From the NCBI GenBank assembly GCA_028534125.1, contig CM052832.1, forward strand, positions 21,268,001 to 21,332,000: a DNA stretch of 64,000 nt, read 5' to 3'. The DNA comes from Lama glama. Lineage: Eukaryota. Below, one piece after another: positions 47,135-59,628 of this stretch. The translations under genes and the position numbers were made by a program. Each line of letters opens with the position of its first letter. The first letter of the stretch is position 1. Below the pieces are notes generated by a model. The model was not told where the DNA came from and did no database searches. It worked only from the letters and a program-made list of their open reading frames with translations.

Positions 47135-47352
47135 TTCATTTAAAAAATTGTGGCAAAATACATATAACATAAAATTTACCATCTTAAACAATTTTAAGTT
47201 CAGTGGTATTGGATATATTCGTACTGTATGACCATCACCACCATCCATCTCCAGAACTCTCTTCATCTTGTAACACTGAAACTCAGTGCCCATTAAACAG
47301 TAACTCCCCATTCCCTTCCCTCTCTGACCCCAGTAATGGCCCTTCCACTTTC
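47135..47352 (-). mobile_element. L1MB-type 3' end
   Basis: AACATAAAATTTACCATCTTAA...CCATCCATCTCCAGAACT...CCCATTAAACAGTAACTCCCCATT. Confidence 0.85.
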
Positions 47353-48882
47353 TTTGGACCTATAAGGTCAGAGAAGACCTCTTGTAAATCCACGGCTCCA
47401 TTAGACAGTGGGCTCAAGGCAAGGGTCTAATGTAGACTTGTACAGGACCCATGCCTTACCTAGGGTTGCCAGTTCCACTGGAGCAGGAAACCAAGGAGAG
47501 GTCTCTGGGGACGCCAAGGGTCCTCCCACTCTGCTCTTCCTTCATGGAGACTGGCTGAGGCCCAGCACACACTACAAGGGACCCTCTGTAAAGACCTTTG
47601 GACTCTTGCCACAAAATAAGAACTCATTACCATATGAGATGGTCCCATTTGTGTAAATTCCCTTTTACCAGAAAAGCAAACAATTCGGGGAATTTGTACG
47701 GCTGATAAAAAGGCAAAAACAGAAGGAAAAAAAAAAAAGACTGGACTGTTTGCATTTAACGAATGTCTCCTACCTAGCAGGACGAAACCTGTCTTTATTG
47801 AAGGGGGAGTGGAAGGTGAAAAGGTAATGTTCACCTGCAGGTTGAGATATGCAAACATAACCTAATTTCCAGAGTACTGAATTTCAGCAGGATGACTGTG
47901 GAGAAGCTGGAACTCATCTCCTCAGAATTTCCCAGGTGAAGGGGGACAGGAGAACTGAGACTTCTCTAATAAGTGACAAAAACTCTGTGGGTAATAATTT
48001 GACATTTTTAGTGTGAAAGTCTCTATTGAAATAGAATGCGTAAATTAGTGACGCTTGGGAGACCTGCTTAGAGGAAAAACAGAATGGAGATCACGGACCC
48101 TATTAACTCACATCTCAAGCCTCTGATGAAATATTCCTGAGGGAATGGGGAGTGACTAGGATGCTCCAAGTACCTGGAAACTTTGTTAAGCCCACAAGCT
48201 CGTGTTTCACAAAGTTGCAGAGTAGAGTCCTCAACTGATTTTACAACTGAGATTTATGTCTCTAACAAAATAAGGTACATTGCAAAAGAACCCCTCTGCT
48301 AGCCTCTTCTGGAGAGGGAATGATAAATTCTCTAAAGATACTGTTTACTTTGCCGAGTTATCTATTTTTTCTGTAAATTCTCCACATCGCCCCAGGTTAG
48401 AACTTCAAATCTGTTGTTCCCATCAAATCAGTTTCCCCAGAGAATGAAGAAGGCGGTAGATACTTAAAACTCATTGTTATCTGTTAAGAACCCAACAAGA
48501 ACCATTGAGATTAAGAGGGTCTGTGTAGTGAAGGTGGAGAGAATGTGTAGGGAAAAAAAGATCCACATGCCGATTATTTTCTAATAAAACGGTTCATTCT
48601 ATCAGTAAGTGGAGGGAATTAAATATAAACAGATTTGTTTAAACCCAATTTCACTACTATTTTGTAGGTTGTTTTAATCCTATTCTGACATCAGTTGTTC
48701 AATAAATGGTGATGTTTTCACAGATAGGAAGCAACTGAGCTGAAGTTTTCCAGACCTGCAGGATTCTTATATACAAAATTTGAGAAAATCACATATTCAT
48801 AGATTTCACAAGCTTAGAATTCCATCCAGCAAAATGACTATTTGTCAGGAAGTACAAGAGTCTTAAAAAAATTAAAACAGAA

Positions 48883-49130
48883 AATAATGACAGCAACAAT
48901 GTATTCAGTGTCTGCCGCTTGACAGGGACTTTATATAGACACAGTTCACGCCGCTGACCCTTCTAGCTGCCCTGCAAAGTGGTGTTAATATTCCTATGTC
49001 ACAGAGGAGAAAACTGCAACCTGTAGGAATTGTCCAATGTAAAGTCTTAGCCATGTGTAACTAAAGCACACAACCAAAATTTTACCTGATTCTGTCTCAC
49101 TCCTAAGTCCTGTATGCTTTTCCATCACTA
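48883..49130 (-). mobile_element. MIR SINE
   Basis: CCCTGCAAAGTGGTGTTAATATTCCTATGTCACAGAGGAGAAAACTG. Confidence 0.6.
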
Positions 49131-49919
49131 GTGCTCTGTTCAGTACTACAATTAGGTAGGTGTTACCTGGAAATTCAAAAACCCTAGTCTTCATAAATAA
49201 AATTCCAAATCCATAATTGAGGGTCATAAATTCATTTCAAATGTATTTGTGTGCAGGCTTCCCTAATCAACATCCTTGATTGAATTCAAATTTAATAGAC
49301 TTCTTTACTCTAAAATGAAGATAGAAGAACTGGCTTATCTCCTTCAAGCTTACTGAGTGCCTGCGAGGGCCCAGGCACTATTTCAGACACTGGGGATGCA
49401 GAGGGAGACAGACTGCAGGCTCTGTCATTAACGCTGTAACAACTGCAGTTGTGAGCACGACAGAAACTTTTCAAACAAACACACTGATTTAAAAGGACTG
49501 ATCATAGAAAGGGATAAAAGGACTGTTAGGTGTTTCAATCTATCTCTGCTAAACCCACATGACAATTAAGCAATAACGCCAGAAAAGCACTTTATACTGC
49601 ATTTTTCTTTTTCGATGTCAAAAGTTACAAATGAAAAGTGAAGAGAATGTCGGCTTGGAGGCCAGTTCTCTATTCTCACACTGTGACTAAGCTTCAGCCT
49701 CAGCTCCTTCATGTGTAAAAACGGGGGTGGTAATATGGCTTTTCAGGGCTGTTGCCCAGGCTCTTGGCATGATATCCAAGACCTGAGGCTCTCCTTTCCA
49801 GTCCAGTCTACAGCACTATCACCGAGTCCCCTGGGATCCTGTCTCTCTGAACTACTTACTGGCATCTCCAACAGACCAAATGCCTCCTGTCCTTGCATGG
49901 CTGTTTCGTTCCTCATCCA

Positions 49920-50162
49920 GGACTGCCCAGCGCTCCCCTGCCTGTGCAAATCTCCAGCACTCGGAAACCTTCCTGGTACCCTCCAGTCTGAACTAAGAGC
50001 TCCCTCCTCACTTTTCCTTGAATGGATTATCATTTGGACCATTCTCACTTTTCCTTGAATGGATTATCATTTGGACCATTAATCTTTTCTGATTCCTTCA
50101 CTGGGCTCAGGACAGTGCTCTACAAAGAGTGGTGCTCAGTATTTGCTGAACCAGTGAATGAA
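49920..50162 (+). mobile_element. L2 3' fragment
   Basis: GGAAACCTTCCTG...GTGCTCAGTATTTGCTGAACCAGTGAATGAA. Confidence 0.5.
50007..50080. repeat. Perfect 37-bp tandem duplication
   Basis: CTCACTTTTCCTTGAATGGATTATCATTTGGACCATT twice (50007-50043, 50044-50080). Confidence 0.97.
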
Positions 50163-50346
50163 TCTATTCTTGATCAGCACAGGGAAAGGGCTGGGAAAGA
50201 AGGTCCTCTTCCTCTTCCTTCGCCAGACTCCATTCAGTAATTAGCTCTCAAAGATGTAAATAAAAATTTTAAACAGCATATTTTCCAGTGAGGATGTAAT
50301 TTTTCCAACACTTACGACCTCAGACTCCAGTAAAGAAATGATTTTG

Positions 50347-51070
50347 TTCTGGAGAAGGGGTGGAGGAAAGGGAACCCTTCTACACTGTTGGTGGGAATGT
50401 AAATTGGTGGGGCCACTATGGAAAACAGCATGGCGATTTCTAAAAAAACCCTGAAAATAGACTTATCATATGATCCAGCAATCCCACTCCTGGGCATATT
50501 ATCTGGAGAAAACTCTAATTTGAAAAGATACATGCACCCCAATGTTCACAGCAGCACTATTTACAATAGCCAAGACATGGAAGCAACCTGAATGTCCATC
50601 AACAGATGACTGAATAAAGATGAAGTACATATGTATACAATAGAACACTACTTGGCCATAAAAAAGAATGAGATAATGCCATTTGCAGCAACTTAGAGCT
50701 TATCTTAGTGAAGTAAGTCAGAGAAAGGCAAGTAACTAATGATATCACCTATATGTGGAATGTAAAAAATGATACAAATGAACTTATTTATGAAACAGAG
50801 ACAGATATAGAAAACAAACTTACGGTTACCAAAAGGGAAGTGCAGAGGGAAGGATAAAATAGGGAGTTTGGAATTAGCAGATATAAATTACTGTATCTAA
50901 AATAGATAAACAACAAGGTCCTACCATATAGCACAAAGAACTACATTCACTATCTTGTAATAACCTATAATGAAAAAGAATATGCAAAAGTATATACATG
51001 TATAACTGAATCACTATGCTGTGCACCAGAAACTAACACACCATTGTAAATAACTATACTTCAGTTTTTT
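50347..51070 (+). mobile_element. 5'-truncated L1 (about 720 bp)
   Basis: GATCCAGCAATCCCACTCCTGGGCAT...AATAACTATACTTCAG; degenerate TSD AAGAAATGATTTTG (50333-50346) / AAAAAGTGACTTTG (51071-51084). Confidence 0.95.
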
Positions 51071-51849
51071 AAAAAGTGACTTTGAAGTAGTCATCTCCAA
51101 ATGTTTTATGTACTCCTATCATGAAAATATTTCATTTTTTGTGTAAATACACAGAAATTTTAGTTAACCTCAATCTACATATACATACTAATTTATAGTC
51201 CTACTGTATTGATATAAGACATATACAGAAAATGTGATTTTTAATTAAAGAGATAGTTTTAATAGTTTTTTTTGCACCCCAATAAATGGTTTTTGCACAA
51301 GCAAAGACTACTTTTGGCTGAGCAGGTGGCTACATTTTCTGGTGGAAAGGAAGTCATATTTTTCTTTTCCTAGGCTATCCCCTAGTGTTGGCTGTTTCCT
51401 CTTTCTATTTGGGTCCTCTTAGGAGACCACCAGCATTCTTCAAATGTTAGTGAAATAAAACAGAAGGGTTTGGCGCTCTGGATCTCAGTCTGGAAATGTC
51501 ACAATTTAATCTCAAAGGTTTGCTGTGAAGTTGTAAGCATGACAGTGTGAAACTCCACAGGTGGTTCTTGAATTCCTTGTTTGTTTTCACTGTGACCTGA
51601 CTCTCATAAAATTTTATTTTTTTCTTCACAACTCCCAGGATTTGTGGTCATATGCTTTAAATGGAGAGGAACACTGTCAAAATAGTATCAAGGAATTATC
51701 ACTTTTACATTGTTTTTATTAAATCAGAAGCCCTAATATGCAGATAATCTAATATTAGATTTTATCTGTATCTTAAAAAAAACAATAAAAATAAGTTTGT
51801 TTTGAAAATGTATAAAATGCCCACAGTGTTAAAAAACCATTTTAATTTT

Positions 51850-52010
51850 GTGCACACACACTCAGAGGAAAACAGTATCAGATGGTTAGTCTCCAAAAGT
51901 TAACAATGTAAATCCCAAGATGGTGAGATTGAAGTTAATTTTGTTCTCTTCTTTGTGCATTTCTGCAATTTTGCAGACATCCTATAATGGCTGAGCACTT
52001 TTTTTTTTAA
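51850..52010 (+). mobile_element. Old L1ME 3' end
   Basis: CCAAAAGTTAACAATG...GGTGAGATT...TTTTGTTCTCTTCTTTGTGCATTTCTG. Confidence 0.55.
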
Positions 52011-53034
52011 AAACAAAAGTATACATATAACCAAGTGTAAATAATTTATATAGGTTTCTATAATACAAACTTCCCATAGTAATTTTTTAAATACCTTTTA
52101 GAGTTGTTGGTACTGAGAAGAAAATTGTCTATTTCCATGTTTTGTGATGACCTTTAATTTTAACATACTTTTTAATGTTATTTTGGTTTCACATAAGAAA
52201 ATGACATTTTAAATCAAATGATTCATAATGGAACCTCACTAGATTTTAGACACTTTTAGATTGGGGATATAAGGAGAGGCAGAGAATGGGTCTAGAGGAG
52301 CATGTAAATTAATGGCATCAAAGCAGAAAGGAAGCTCCTGTGTCAGAAGGTGGGCCTATCTGGAGAAGATTAAGATTGTGGAGAGCCCCAAATAATCCAA
52401 ACAGGCGACGGTCCCTGTAAGGAAAGCCCTCATCATATAAATGGGTGGTCTGGAACCCCAGTCCCCCCGGTTTTTTCTGGCAGAGTTTCAGTTTGGCTCA
52501 GATGGCCCATGTGCCTAGTTGGTCTAAACTGTATCTGATGGTCTCCTGCCCTTGTCATTGACTCTTTTAGGCAACCCTGCCATTGGGACCTGAGAGGTAT
52601 TCTGTTGAGGGCATTCTGGATAGATTTTCCCCCTCCTTATAAAGGCTGATAAAAGATTTAAACCAACTGTTGAAAGCCATGAAAGAATAACGAAGGCAGA
52701 CAGGACTGGAGTGGCCAAATTCCTAGAGAGGTAGGAGACAAACTGAAAGAAACTATTTATTTATTCTTTTCCATTATCCGGACACACTACTTCTACCCAT
52801 TGATGGTGTGGGGAGTGAAGGTGGAGCAGAAAGTGGCAGCTGGGCTGAGGGACAATCTCACTGGGCTGGAAAGAGTTTGGGTTTGGAGTTTCCAAGGAGG
52901 ATGAGTAGATAGAGGTTGAAGTTAGGTGGTGCTGAGACCCCAGACAAGTCTACTATGAGAGAGAACAAAGCATGAAAAGATGAAGCCTAAGAAAGCCTAG
53001 GATCCACCCGCAGCCAAATCAAGCTGACCTGAAA

Positions 53035-53432
53035 ACAGCCTCTCTGCCTTCCAGAAAGGAATTTAAATCCTCTTTGGATGAAAGTATCATCAGCCAGAGC
53101 CTTACAATTTTTCATACCCAATGTCTGACATTCAGTGTATGAACAAATGGGATCAAGTGACAAAAGCCAACGAAGAAAAACAGATTATATACAGAGACCT
53201 CAGGGTGACTAAGGGATTGAAGTTATCAGACAAGGAAGAAGTGACTTTGATTCACATGTTTAAAAAAATAGAAAAGTTGAGAATTTCATCAGAAAAACTG
53301 TAGGAATCTTACAAGGGGCAGAAGGCACTGGTAATGTTCTGTATCTTGATCTGTGTGATAATGAACTTTTACCAGAAAATCCAATTCATCAAGCTGAACA
53401 TTTAAGATTTGTGTATATATGTTAAACTATTT
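53035..53432 (+). mobile_element. Old L1ME: 5'/ORF1-start piece joined to a 3' terminus
   Basis: CCAGAGCCTTACAATTTTTCATACCCAATGTCTGACATTCA...GAAGTTATCAGACAAGGA, then CTGGTAATGTTCTGTATCTTGATCTG...ATTCATCAAGCTGAACA. Confidence 0.55.
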
Positions 53433-53764
53433 AAGAAGCTAAGGGATAAAATTCTAAGAGGAAGAAAGAAAATGTCTGATTCCTCTTTACTGAACATCAT
53501 TGTATCTGTGAGCCTTCAAGTTAATGAGTTTCTCTGAAGCATGAAGGAAGACACGGTTGATGGGATGAAGCTGTCAAAGGAGAGAGCTGGAAATTACCTA
53601 GGTCCACGTGATGTAACAGATATTTAAGACCAGCACACTTAAACAGGCACCAACCAATCAGAAGGAACACCAACTGTAAACCAGTTGGTATGGCTGAACT
53701 GGCATTTTCTATTATTTTTAAAGCCACAGAAACACAGAATAACTATTTGAGAATAGTCCTGTTG

Positions 53765-53955
53765 TCATAGTTAAAAGAGTAGGATCTGAAGCTGGACAGC
53801 TTGGGTTTAAATTCTAGTATTTGTGTCCCCTTTGGCAATTGTTAGTCTTTCCATGCCTCAGTTGCCTCACCTCCAGTTTGGGGCACATCATGAGCTTTAT
53901 ATAAAGGAGTAAATGAGCCAACACATATTAAGAACCTAAGATAATACCTGGGACT
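53765..53955 (+). mobile_element. MIR SINE
   Basis: CTTGGGTTTAAATTCTAG...CCATGCCTCAGTTGCCTCACCT. Confidence 0.7.
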
Positions 53956-54815
53956 TAGTCCTCAGTTTTTATTTATTGAATTATTAAAACGATTATTCCT
54001 TATGAACTTCTGTTATGCGAAGTAATTAGCCCTAATTAGCCCCTCCTGTTGAGGTTTGAATTTGGATCTTCTAGTTACTTGCTAAAACCATCCCACTGCA
54101 CTCATACGGCATCCAGCAAGGACTGAAGTATAGGGCAGTCACTAATTGGCCTTCAGGTAAAAGTCCTTTCTGGATGAACGCTTTTCGAAGGATTCTCTCA
54201 GGCTAGTTCTTTTGCTTTGTCCCTCACAAGAATCAACCTGAACACAGGCGTGCTGTTGCCACGAAACAGATATCCCCACATAGCTGCCACACTTCAGCAA
54301 TGATTCAAGTATGCTTTTCACATTATCTTATTTAAAACACGGCAAAATCCTTATTACCAATAAGTACAGCTGTATGTATACTTGAGAAGGGTAACAGCAG
54401 GGCTGTGGAACACATTTCCCTGGCCCAATAGCTCTCGTTTCTGGGATTCGTGCCAGCTGGTCTGGAGCCGCTCTCAGTTGCTGTCCATGGCTACCAATAC
54501 CCATCCAAAAAATGTCCTCTTCTAAGACTTTGTTCTCAGTTGTCATAGTCTTTTTAAAGTAATATTACTTCTGAGACTCCTAAGGATAGAAGCCCAGGTC
54601 AAGCAAACATAAGCTGTGTTCAGGGAGATGTTCAGGGCAGGGTTATAATAGTAACAATTTGACAATAATCTCAAGTTCCAATAATAAGAAAATAGTTAGG
54701 TAAATGATTATAGAGTGACTCAGTGGAGTAATCTGTTGCCATTAAAAAAGAACCATAAAGGTATATAGCAACAAGGAAAACTGTTAGGAGATCGTGTGTT
54801 TTAAAAACAGGATGT

Positions 54816-55514
54816 TGGTGCAGCCATTATGGAAAATAATATGGAGATTCCTCAAAAAACTAGACTTACCATAGGCTCCAGCAATCCCACTCCTGAGCAT
54901 GTATCTGGAGGGAACTATAATTCAAAAAGATACATGCACCCAGTGTTCATAGCAGCACTATTTACAATAGCCAAGACATGGAAGCAACCTAAATGTCGAC
55001 ACATGACTGGATAAAGAAATTGTGGTATATTTATACAATGGAATACAACTCAGCCATTAAAAAAAATAATAATGCCACTTGCAGCAACATGGATGGAACT
55101 AGAGATTGTCATTCTAAGTGAAGTAAGCCAGAAAGAGGAAGAAAAATACTGTATGATGTCACTCATATGTGGAATTTAAAAAAAAAGAAAAAAGAGGACA
55201 CTAATGAAGTAATCTACAAAATACAAACAGATGTGCAGACATAGTGAACAATTTTATGGTTACCGGGGGAAAAGGGGTGGGAAGGGATAACTTTGGGAGT
55301 TTGAGATTTGCAAAGGTTAACCACTATATATAAAAGTAGATTAAAAAAAATTTTGTTCTGTATAGCACAGGGAACTATTTTCAATATCTTGTAATAACCT
55401 TTAGTGAAAAAATATGAAAACAAATATATGTATGTATATGCGTGACTGGGCTGTTATGCTGTACACCAGAAATTGACACATTGCAACTGACTATAATTCA
55501 ATGTAAAAAAAAGT
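54816..55514 (+). mobile_element. 5'-truncated young L1 (about 700 bp) inserted in an older L1ME fragment (about 54640-55690)
   Basis: ORF2 end FIAALFTIAKTWKQPKC; TSD AAAAACAGGATGT (54803-54815) / AAAAACGGGATGT (55515-55527). Confidence 0.95.
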
Positions 55515-56579
55515 AAAAACGGGATGTAAACTTATATAGACGACGTCAGTATAAGTAAGTTTGCAGAAGCATGCACAGGAAACATCAAAAGATGTACAGC
55601 AAAGTGCAAAGCATGGTGGTGTTAGAGCCATAGGACTATGGATTTTTGGGTTGTTTCTCTTTTCTGTATAACAAATTCTCTATAATAGAATTACATTCAT
55701 TCAATTCGTGGAACTTTTACAAATTAAATTAATTAAAAATAAATATGATGTTTACATGTTGTATCATCCTGAAAATATGAAATTCAAAGCCAAAGTTATG
55801 TCTAATTTGGGTCTATCAGATGCCTAGATTCTAGGCTAGAAATTCACCTCTTCTTAATTTCAGTGGTACCCCATTTATATAGTCAGCTCAAATCTTTGGA
55901 ATGTGGCCACGAAACGGATAAAAAGTAAAAAGTAAAAGGATTCTAGCAAGCAGTGAATGTCACTTTGCTCTCAGGCTCCTACTTAGAGCCAGTCAGGAGC
56001 CTACATTCTTGCCACAATTCTAACAAGTTACAGTTTTAGGCCATAGCTTGTGAGAAACTGCAGGAAACTGAAAAGTGTATGGGGCTGCAAAAACGTGACA
56101 CCTGCCACCCTGACAGTAAAGTCCAGAGACAGAGAAAACCACCCCAAAATGGACCAAAACATTTTGGAAATGATGTAATATGAGGTGCCAAGCTAACTAT
56201 TCCAGCATTTCCCATGGCAGTTGGCTCTAACAATGACATTGGAGCCCTCAATAGCAAGACACTTTACCCTACTTGGGATGCTGTCTCGTCAGAGAAGCAT
56301 GTGGAATACACATTTTAGAAAGAATTCCACTGAATATGTTTCTTTTTAAAAAATATTTTTGGTACTTGTTTTGCCTTAAAACGCACACACACAACTGCAA
56401 GGAATTGCTCAGTCCTTCATTACAGGCAATAAATGAGGAATTATACTTGAGCTTTCCTGTTAAAAAAAAAGTGGCAACTTTTTATTGAACCCTCTCCTCA
56501 GATTTCCCTGGTTTTGCTCTGTTACTAATGAAACACTAAGAAAACATGTTTCAATCTCAGGCTTGCAGTTGTCCTTGTC

Positions 56580-57500
56580 TCCTGTTCCATACCCTCCTCC
56601 GCTCCTGCCTTTTTTCCCTACACACTCCCTCCCACCGCGTGCTGATCATGGGTCTGAGCTGCACCGTCTGCGGGGAATTAACATGGAGATATGTAAATGT
56701 CAGTTTCCGTCGTAGCTAACCAGAAACTCTTCCGCCAGGGTCTCCACCAGCACTGTAATCCCTGGGAGGTGGGCTCTACAGGATTGGGGCTGCCTGGGGA
56801 TCGCAGCAGTGGGGGCCTCTGGGAAAGTTTTAAGGTTGTTTGCTTTTGTGGGTTTGTTCCAAGTGAGGCGCGTGTTTTTTCAAAAACGAATGCCAAAGAT
56901 AACAAAAAATGCAAAGGAGAGGGGAGATGGAGACTTATCCACAATATACCAGTGAACCCGGATAAGACTTACTAAACAGCAGAATGTTCAAGGGCGTTCT
57001 GCGCTCCACCACATTTTGAATGACCCAGAAGGGCTGAGGTTAAAAACAGTGTACATAATCGCTTGGAAGACACTGACTTGGGACCCTGAATATGTTTTAA
57101 CATCTTCTTCATGTCACTTGGGGCATAGGCCACCACAGTATTCTGTTATTTAAGCTGTGTACAGCTATATTTGAGTGGTCTTTGTTGACAGTTTTGTTTC
57201 CAAGTAATTTTCTAAAAACATGCTAATTACCGTTCCCTGTCATTAGCTACTGTAATTTGTTTTCAGGGCTGATGGTCAGCTCGATAATTGTGTTCAGAAC
57301 GCTGAATGGGTTTGCATGATCGGTTCGTGCACCTCCCTGTTAAACTTACTGCTGTTTCTTGAACCCTCTTTAGATTTAAAAGAGTATGTCATTTACATCT
57401 TTAAAGAAGATAATGGAAGATGATTATTTTTGTATTATTATCATTTAGCACTTGCACAGCACTTCCATTTCCAAAGGCATTACAGTCATTTATTAATTAC
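56580..57500. promoter_or_regulatory. Putative conserved non-coding/enhancer block
   Basis: Repeat-poor; octamer-like ATGTAAAT (56691), ATGCTAAT (57220), TTTGCAT (57311); TALE TGACAG (57186) and CTGTCA (57237); several TAAT(T). Confidence 0.3.
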
Positions 57501-57809
57501 CCAGCCCTGCACCCTTGAGCACTAAGCCATTTGGAGTTGCTCTGATTTCTAGATAAGCCACTGAGGCTGGGGAAGGATGCTTGGTGGGTGAGACGCTTCC
57601 TCCCTTCCTGTTAGGGATTCCCACCCTTTTTCCAGGCCACCCCACCCCACTGGGATGTGCACAGGCCTGGCTTCGTGGCTGTGCTTGAAGTTTTGTGTTT
57701 GATGTTCTCTAAATGTGTGTATTAAAGTACATTCCAAAGTCACATATAGATGGCTTTGGGATTATGTGATGTTTGGGATTTTCCCTATTACTGTTCACTT
57801 TTGAAAATC

Positions 57810-58250
57810 CATATTGAGTTTCCCTTCTATGTCAAGCAGTGAGCTAGGCTCTGGGGAGAGTCCCACCATGCAAATCATTAAGAATACAACTGAAAATCCT
57901 GTTAGGTGATGTGTGTGATAGCAAGGAAAATCCCCTAGGAGAGCCAGTGGACTCATGTCTTCTTGGAAGGGCAGGGGTGGTGTTTGAGCTGGAACTTGGA
58001 GGCTCCAGTTTTGTATGTGTGCCTTGGGTGGGAAGTAGGGGGGATAGGATCAAGAAGAGGTGGAGATAAGTAGGGTTATTCCAAGGAGGAAAAAAAACAT
58101 GGAAAATGGGAACTCAGGGGAAACAGTAAGTTTTTTGCCCTGATTAAAGGGTTTGTTGTAAGGAATGGTGGTAAATGAGGCTGGAAAAATGGTTTAGAGG
58201 CTCATTCTGGGTGGTCTTAAGTTGTCTGCTGATCAGGGTGAACTTTCCCA
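57810..58250 (-). mobile_element. L2 fragment
   Basis: TATTGAGTTTCCCTTCTATGTCAAGCAGTGAGCTAGGCTCTGGGGA...TTTGAGCTGGAACTTG...ATGAGGCTGGAAA. Confidence 0.65.
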
Positions 58251-58979
58251 CTAAGTGCTATCTCCCCACTAGGACCCTAAGTGACTGGAAGTAGCCGGAA
58301 ATATAGGGAAAGTAATAGATATAGTTGAATAAGCTGTTTGGGAGAAAGTTACGCAGAGAGATTAGTGATACAGATGAAAAGCCAGTGACCAAACAACCGA
58401 GAGAACCAAGAGAATAGACTTCAGAGGGAAAACTGAAAGTTAAATAAGGGATGAATTACATTGAAGAATACTGAAATAACAAGATTGAGGAGATTTTTCT
58501 GATTTTCTATCAATAGATGTATCATATCTTAAACAACATGGGCTTCACTCACTCATTTATTTGTAGGTGATTAAAGGGTTGAATACTCTGAATTTCAGCT
58601 CTTACTTACTTACTCATAGATTCCTCTGTCTCTCTGCCCTTCTGACTTCGTCTCCACCCTGCACTCTCTACCAGATTTGCGTCAACCTCTATTTCATGCC
58701 AGTGCCCACAGGAAGTCCCAATCAGATCAATGATACTGTGATTTGTGCAGTTTACAGAGATGGGCAGGATCTTGAGAGTGTGGGTCCCATTACCACCACC
58801 TTTTATCTTTGCCCTCTCCTCGGCATCACCCTGCTTATAGAGCCCCTCTCTGACTCAGGACGTGCCCCTTCTTGGCAAGTGGCCCTCCCCACCTGCTCTC
58901 AGCCTGTAGACGCTGAAGATCTGGCCCCTGATCCACATTCTTGGTTTATAAAGATACAAAATATAATCAAGTTGCAACA

Positions 58980-59175
58980 ACTGTGATTTATTGAGCATCT
59001 ACTATGTGCAAGGTCCCGAACTAAGAGCTTACCCGCATGATCCCATCTGTCTCTCCAACTCTATGAGGGAGGTATTACTAAGCCACGTTACAGGCAAGGA
59101 AAGAGAAGCACACAAAGGTTAAGGGACGCGCCCAAAGTAATCCACGTTTTAAGAGGCAGATCTATCAGTCACCAA
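58980..59175 (-). mobile_element. MIR SINE
   Basis: TTTATTGAGCATCTACTATGTGC...CAACTCTATGAGGGAGGTATTA...GGTTAAGGGACGCGCCCAAAG. Confidence 0.8.
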
Positions 59176-59628
59176 AGCGTGGCGTCTTAAAAAAGCTGTC
59201 ATTAAGATTGTCTTCTTTATTCAGTGCTGAAGACACACTGTCTTATCCTCTGGGTAAGAATGAAATACGCTACAGCACAGTTTTCAATACAGGAACCTCA
59301 GTTAGTCAGAATGAATAATCAGTGAGTGAGGTATTAACATAGAGGTTAAAGTCTCTGATAATTACAACGATGGCCCATCCAATACTGAGTCTTTCAAACT
59401 GTTCACAGCTGCTGGTGAAAAATCTTTCCAAAAGGTGCTGGGCACTTCTGTGCATTAGTTAATAGGACGCAGTGAACTTAACCTGACTGTTTCTAGGAGG
59501 GTTGTTTTTGAGACACTGAAAGCATTTGTTATTGCACTGAGTGTATCAGCGAGGCTACCAGAAGTCAGCGTCTCTGTAGCAGCGGGTGCTTCTTACACGG
59601 GTTTTCACTGAATACCACACCTCCTCCT

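Noticed and set aside
50007..50080. 37-bp repeat of CRISPR-repeat length
   Set aside because: Two abutting copies with no spacer in mammalian DNA; a simple tandem duplication.
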